Positions 55,619-64,000 of a stretch of DNA of 64,000 bases are shown one piece after another. The notes below the pieces were generated by a model. That model was not told the DNA's origin. It worked only from the letters and a program-made list of their open reading frames with translations, and did no database searches. A program made the translations under genes and the position numbers. Origin of the DNA: Octopus vulgaris (lineage: Eukaryota); assembly GCA_951406725.2 (NCBI GenBank), contig OX597816.1:97278001-97342000 (forward strand). Reading direction: 5' to 3'. The stretch's first letter is position 1. The number at the start of each line of letters is the position of its first letter.

Positions 55619-56359
55619 TGTGGAATAACAAGGAGACAAAAAAACAATAAAGGCAATTAAACGTGGAAAGCGAACATACAAAAGGTGTGAGAGAAAGAAG
55701 CACAAGCGTTTGAAGAAAAAAATAAATAATAAATAAAAAAAAAATGAAAATAAAAAAAAATGAAAATAATATAAATAAATAAATAAAAGAAGAATAAGAA
55801 GAAAAGGGCGTGAGGAGAAGAAAAGAAAATATATGCAAGGTAGGAGAAGAAAATAAAAGAAAATAAAAGCGATGAAGATGGAACAAATAGAAAGTGAGGA
55901 GAAAGGGGGTAGATGAGGAGGTAAGAGAAAGGAAACGGAGGGAGAGGGGGCAAAATAACGGGTGCAAACTAGAGAAAACCGCGTAAGGATATCCAGAGAA
56001 GTAAGAGACGACAGAAGGAAAGACCAAAAAATACAGAATGTATAAAATGACAAAAATTTACGTGAAGTTCAAAGGTTTTTTAGACGTCGTGGTGTATTGC
56101 AAGAATTTCTCATCAAGAGTAGAGTCCACTGTGATCCGTGTGTAGGAGAGCTGCAGCCGGAGGATGAGTATCCGTAAATAGTAGATGAAGAGTAGGTAAA
56201 GAGTCCAGTGGAGAAGTTCGTAGTGGTAAGAAATGATAGGATCAACGTGTGAGACCACGTGAGCGTGAGGGAGAGTTCACGAAGAAAACAATAAGACGAA
56301 GACAGGTGGTGTACAAAACAAACAGATGTATTAGTATAACACTCAGGAATAGAAAAAAA

Positions 56360-56396
56360 TCTTTTACGTTTCGAGCTTACGCTCTTCTACAGAAAG
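56360..56396 (-). ncRNA. Hammerhead-like motif with atypical core in PLE pLTR
   Basis: Minus strand reads cttt-CTGTAGAA-gagc gtaa gctc-GAAA-cgt-A-aaag. Stems I and II, GAAA, palindromic ACGT and a GUA triplet are present, but the 5' core is not CUGANGA. Confidence 0.5.
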
Positions 56397-56469
56397 GGAC
56401 ACAGAAAAAACAAGGAGAGAAACAAGGAGAGAAAAAAGTGTGTGTAGTGGCTAACATACAACAGAGAGC

Positions 56470-56702
56470 TGTTTTTATTTCACTTTTAACACGTAATACT
56501 GAAATAGTGGAGAATATATGATATTGCTGTGGTCCCGCCCTAGGCAAGAAGTTAATTTTTTTTTTTTTTGCCCATGACACCACATGGACCCTAAGTAAGG
56601 CATGTCTAAAATTTGAATGGAATTGGTTGCGTAGTTCTCAAGTTTTAGGGATTCAGACAGACAGACACACTGACACACATTCTCAGTTTTATATATAGAG
56701 AG
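56470..56702 (-). mobile_element. Helitron-like 5' terminal fragment
   Basis: Minus strand begins TCTCTATATATAAAACTGAGAATGTGTG..GTCTGTCTGTC..aactacgcaaccaatt..caaatttt, resembling typical Helitron 5' ends. Confidence 0.55.
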
Positions 56703-58206
56703 ATAAGCGAAAAAGTAAATATTGATGAGATTTTAAATCGCTAACGTGCTGAGACAAAATTCCCCTTTGTAAGCTGTTTTTGCCGCCAAAATTTATAATC
56801 CAGGATACGAAATATGATAAAGAGGTAGCGGTTTAAGCTTTGTGTATAAGAGCATTTTAAACTTGGAGTCATCTCGAACTCGTACGCACTTTATGAGGGG
56901 AAAGTATAGAAATATTAACATATTTCTTCATTCGGAGAGTGCACGAAGGTAACTAGACTCAGATAACTGATTGAAATACATATATGTGTTGTACTTTGTC
57001 GTCAGTAAAAAACGATAAATGTTGTGAAAGTATAAGAAAATTACCAACAAGTGTTTTATACACTCAAATGACATTTATCAACATGAAATTTCATATATCA
57101 AAGAAATAAGAGAGTGGCCCTGCATTAAGATTGTCGCTAAAAACGAAATTCCTTGCATTGAATATATAATACATAATGTGTGCTTAGATGATTTCAGCAT
57201 TTTATAGACAGAACTGAAGTATGCACTTTATAAGTGCATGAATAATGCAATGCATTAGCGGGCTGCTTAACCATACTAAGAAGAGTTGCTTATAAACTAT
57301 TTTCATTTAGTCTACTGATATCGCTTCTGAGTGTTTCTAGACCTTACTACTACTACCAAAAGTCTATCGGACATTATATTCTCCTATTATGTGTCCGATG
57401 AGGGACTGGTGGGGAGGTATGTTTTACAGCGTTTAAGATTAAGGATAATAATTAATATTGTTTATGTCATTGTTTCATTTCACGCCATCTGGGATTGGGC
57501 ACAATTGCGATGAAATGTCTCCAAAATGTATGTTAGCGATTGCACTGACCAAAGCAGTCTTTCCATTAGTAAAATGGTAAGGTGCGATTTGAAAGTTACA
57601 TGATTGCTTTCAAGCAAATTGAACGGCAGCATTGAAGTTGCTATAGTTTTCTTATTTTTTTCTTTTTATCATTCGCAAGAATCGACATTTTCCGCTTATT
57701 ATAAACCATACGTTAAAACCTTATGGTATACGTATTTCGATTTTAAATTGTTCCACAGATACTTCTCTCAGCGTTATTATCGATCATATGAAAAAAACAG
57801 CTTCAATAGTTTCTCTCTATTTTTCTAAACATATATAACATGCCTTTAAGAGTTGCCCTCTGAAATGAAACAGTAAAAGAACTCGAACCATATCAGTTTT
57901 TTCACCAGTTGGCATTAAATACAAGATCTACGCATAAGAGTATTATCTTTGCAGGATGGAGTACACATATTAGACATTCAGAAATAAACACAAACACACT
58001 CACAGACACCGACACACACACATACATACATACATACATACATACATGCATACATACATACAAACATACATACATAAATACATACATACATACATACGTC
58101 CCTCTGTCTGTCTCTCTAGCTATATATGCATGTATGTATGTATGTATGTATGTATGTATGTATGTATGTATGTATGTATGTATGTATGTATGTATGTATG
58201 TATCTA

Positions 58207-58295
<89 letters not shown>

Positions 58296-58304
58296 ATATC
58301 TAAT

Positions 58305-59160
58305 AAAAAAAGCGCTACCCGTTCGGGATAAGCTCTATAGGCATGGCTCGAGAAACACGGGTCCGACCTGCCCGAGATGCAGGCAGAGCGACGAAACCGT
58401 TCTGCGGGCAATCGTGCCGTGTCGAACAATCTCCGACCTGTGGGCTTATGTCGAACGACTGCTGTCACATGTGGGACGTGTCGGTTTATCAGCCGAGTCT
58501 ATCGTTAACATCGTCACGCACCTTCCTTCAAACGGGAAGGAAGAGCTATTTTTATCATACTTGTGGCTATAGCGAAAGAATGTATCTGGCGGACGCGCCT
58601 GAAAGGATTAGAGACAAACACTTTCCTCTCTAGTCAATCTCTCAACTTCTTCAAGTATCACTTGAAAAGGAAAGTGAGAGTAGAGAGGCAAGTTTTGTCT
58701 AGCGAATGTTTAAAAAAAAGATGGGTGAATGTAGCAAGGATGGCACGTATAAATGACGAAGCCACCTTGACTATGATCCTATGAACCGTAAAAATCAATA
58801 CAGAGAGTTGCTTATTTGTAAAAAAATATATATAACATGTGACTTCATTGACCGAGGTTACCGTGGTCTTTTCCGTAGGCTTTTCTTTCTACGGGTAAAC
58901 CGCACCTGTCCTCCCCTTTACACTTTATGTTGACATTTCTGTGATAACGATCCCTATTGATCGATTTTTTCTTTTTCCTTTTATTTTATTCCCCGCCCTT
59001 TTTTTCTTTTTTTTCTTTTTTTTTGCCTTCCTCTTTCTTTCATTTTACGATCCCTTTTGATCGAAAACCAAACCCCCATTTTTTATCCCCAAAAGAAAAG
59101 TTCTACCTTGTAATTTGTCCCGTCTTTGTGCAGCCCTGTGTGGCTAATAAAGAAGCATAT
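58305..59160 (+). mobile_element. L1/Tx1-like LINE 3' end (CCHC/zf-RVT region + 3' UTR)
   Basis: [12 protein letters not shown]...CPRC..SDETV.....C.....LW, then AIAKECIWRTR; T-rich UTR ending in AATAAA. Confidence 0.82.
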
Positions 59161-59245
59161 CTATCTAACAAAAGAGCTATATTTCTAAGCAGGAAAACAT
59201 AGGAAAATTTGTTGTTGAAAAAGCACTTATTGAAAAACGTGTAAT

Positions 59246-61075
<1,830 letters not shown>

Positions 61076-61439
61076 GTATGTATGCATGTATGTATTTGTT
61101 CAGTGGTATAAGCGCCAAGCAGTGTTTAGGTATGAGGGATCTTTAGGTTAGTTAAAATATATTAGTTATATATTTCAAATTTTAAAGGTATGTTGATTAC
61201 AGTCACCATGGAGAAGAAATTCTCTTTTCTTGTAAAAAGTGTATAAACACCTACAAGCTAAAGTACATACATAAGTACATACATACATACATGCATACAT
61301 ACATACAAACGCACCCTGTTGTTTATATTGAAATTCCAATGAAGAAGCCTTGGATCTACGTTAGAAACCGACTCTTTCTCTATTGGCAAGAAATCTTGAA
61401 ATAAAACTGAACAATGACATACTTACACTCACGCACACA

Positions 61440-62050
61440 TGTAACGTTGTGTTTTAGAGATTTAATGTTTTAGCAAAGGTACTCCACATACATGTTATTT
61501 CTGTTGTTTGCGAGCTCTTTGTTCAGTTGTTATCCTTGAATTTATCAATCTTCTATAGAAAGATTCCTGTTGCTAACTTGTCTTGCAGTTAGTTTTGTTA
61601 AATATTTACCATCATTCAATTTGGATTGTAAAATTCCCCTTCACTATTAGGATATTTCTTAACTGAAGATTTCCTTCAATTCTGTACCGTTGGCTTTATT
61701 TCTTTATAATATTTAAGATAGTTATATGTTTTTACATTTAAGGGTATTATATTCTCACCATTAGGTTTTTGCCTCTTATTCGCCTTCTTTATGAACATAT
61801 TTTGCGATTCCAAGTCATCCCAGGGCTACTGCTAAATAGTTTTATGGTTTCCACTAAAGAACTTCATTGTTTCTTCTTGCTATAAAGCATTTAATTGTCT
61901 ATAACCAGAAAGCGATTCTCTTTACTTGTCCATTATTATTGTTGTTGTTGTTGTTGTTGTTGCTGCTGCTGTTGTTGCTGCTGTTGTTGTTGCTGTTATT
62001 ATTTTTATTATTATTATTGTTGTTGCTGTTATTAACAGCGGTGGAGGTGA

Positions 62051-62104
<54 letters not shown>

Positions 62105-62420
62105 AGTTGAATTTACTGTTGTTTGCATTGCTTTTGCTGTTGTTGTCACTACTCGTGTCGCTTTTTTTCTTTGCTGTGGCAAGATGCTTTTTAACGAGCT
62201 CCGAAGAATTTATATTACAACCTTGCGTTCCTTGAATGGAAATTATTTTGTTTCCTGATGATTTCACAAACGAATCCTAATGGCAAAGCCCGGAGAGGCG
62301 TTTTCTATTGCAGGGAATTCTTGAGGGCATGTTTTTAGTCATTCACTTTGTGTATTTTGTTCGTAAACCGTTAACAACGATGGCATCTACAACAGTAACG
62401 AACAGGAGCCCCTGAAAATG
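61440..62420 (-). mobile_element. Possible R4/Dong-like LINE 5' remnant interrupted by trinucleotide repeats
   Basis: Weak TEQR..Q-like motif on the minus strand near 61520, adjacent to TAA/TAG/TTG repeats. Confidence 0.3.
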
Positions 62421-62849
62421 AACAGCGTATCTTTTGTAGTGATTGAGAAACAAACATAAAAAAATAATATTAATAAATACATAAACGCACTGTTTTTTTT
62501 TATATTATTGCCTTGGCAATTGCGAACACTGCCGTACAAAATGTGGGCAACCTAGTTATTTTAATGATATTGTTAAAAGTACAACAGCATTTGCACAGAG
62601 GCACACGTAGCATATGAAAATCTAAACAAAATAAAGACAATCTAAAGGTACGTACGATAGTGTTGCTAGTGTTGGAAGCGTAAGAGGAAATCTACAAATG
62701 ATTAAAGTCGTACAAAAATCGCCTTGCAGACATATAGACATATATGAAGTGAGACTGTGCTTACTTACCTAAGTATATCTAAGGAATGGTAAAGAAAATA
62801 AAATGGTTTCTGTGTATAGGGAAATATACCATCACCTTTCGAACAAGTG

Positions 62850-64000
62850 GCCGATCAATTTAGATCAATCTAAAAATTTGTTGATAGGGTTGACATGGAT
62901 ATTTGACTGCTGTCTTCACGACAGCTGATCTTGGTTAAAATTTATCTAACTTGATCGGCTGGTATTTTAAAAACAGGGATCGGATTGCTGCTATATACAA
63001 GGAAATCTACTGGTTGATCACATGACACTAAGCAGCCTATCAGAATCGTATACGTGCACGACATCAATGTCATAGAGTCGGGTACCAAACACATCGGCAC
63101 TGCTCTGAAAATTTGCAGGAGCCAAAATGACTCAGAAAAATTTCGTTGGCCCTGCAGTTTGGCAGTTTGACAGTCTGTTGAGGTGCTGGATCTAATTTCC
63201 TCAGGATCTGGAAGTGGACATGAGTATTCAATCTCTCTGAGAAATGTGACGAGAAGAAGCTAATTACGAAGAGTTGGATGGAGATGTCTAACGCCTATAT
63301 TTTATTCATCTTTTGACATCGGTCTGACGATGATGCCCTGCGCCACTCCGTTGCTGACGAGCTTGGAAAACTGGCTTTTTTGCTTCCTGTGGGGGAGATG
63401 GATTCCACTGGTCAGATAGTCTGTTTACTCTCAACATTTGCTGCGAAGAGAACTGAGATTGACAAATTAATGATGCGCACACATGCGCTGAGGCAACATC
63501 TCCAGTATTTCCTTGGTGGTGAGCAGATGTGACTGTCATTTGTCAGGCGCTCAGTCGGGCAGTGGAGTTGGTAAAGCTTCCACTAATGCCTGCTATAGAG
63601 GAGTAGTAGCAGGCAAAAGCGATGACATCTCCGGAGTAACTGTGCGAACCGAGAAGTATGAATTAGCTAATCGTTTTCTGGAGGAATTCCGGTCCTGAAC
63701 CCATGAATAATTTCCAGCAGTCACTAACAGGAAATATTGCTAGTACACTACCCGTGCATTGCTGACTTTGAAGTTATGTCGAAGTGCTAAAATAGTATGA
63801 AGGAGTGATCCAACTTTTGGCCGGCTTCATCGTGAACAGCATCTCGCTACTCCTCCTTCTCTGGGAAGGGCAGTCATTAATACTTTGCCTAGTATGAGTG
63901 GCAAAAGATGTCTAGTGATGGATGAGATTGACACACTTCCCTTCTGTGTTAAGTTCAACTTGAAAAGGAAGGTGATACTGGAGAGTGAATACTACTTTCC
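62850..64000 (-). pseudogene. Decayed CR1-like LINE RT remnant
   Basis: Minus strand gives SKLVSNGVAQGIIVRP (similar to SGVPQGSVLGP) and VWYP motifs; many stops. Confidence 0.5.

Larger units (their letters stand above)
52060..56460 (-). mobile_element. Near full-length Penelope-like element (Neptune-type), frameshifted
   Basis: ORF pieces from about 55618 to 52883: SHVSFLSRCLHQRLIPKSF, ILSRGLRF, IVIKPADKGGAVVVW, LFTMDIQSLYTVIPH, GVAMGMRMGPNYANL, YGRYIDD, YKHTDSHSYL..SSSHP, LYIGQT.RRLADRFAEH. Pyrimidine-rich UTRs and a pLTR-like segment at 56270-56460. Confidence 0.92.

Noticed and set aside
54737-56053. 438-aa hydrophobic ORF as a membrane protein gene
   Set aside because: The N-terminal part is the T-rich 5' UTR of the PLE. 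The real PLE ORF probably starts at ATG 55618.
57390-57520. ccgatgag...gaaatgtc as a hammerhead
   Set aside because: No consistent stem I or stem II pairing was found.

Overview
AT-rich, microsatellite-dense eukaryotic DNA. The SINE and repeat repertoire suggests an octopus or other cephalopod (inference). I found no confident host gene, and most ORFs in the track are translated microsatellites. The window is a patchwork of transposable elements: two Neptune-like Penelope (PLE) retroelements (RT + GIY-YIG), CR1-, L1/Tx1-, CRE- and R4-like LINE remnants, a Helitron Pif1 helicase, several Tc1/mariner/maT copies, three tRNA-SINE families and a 1.7-kb foldback element. The standout is a very young, non-coding 1.7-kb insertion (25654-27360, 12-bp TSD) inside a Tc1 element. 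It consists of ~4.7 near-identical 359-bp units arranged head-to-head as a giant palindrome. Each unit carries a type I hammerhead ribozyme with a non-canonical core (CCGAUGA) and a palindromic stem III, so it looks like a retrozyme-like mobile RNA that could yield circular monomers. A diverged relative with the same inverted-plus-tail architecture and its own 17-bp TSD lies at 51011-51383. Other variant hammerhead motifs sit in the PLE terminal regions. All alignments and folds were done by eye, and boundaries of old elements are approximate.
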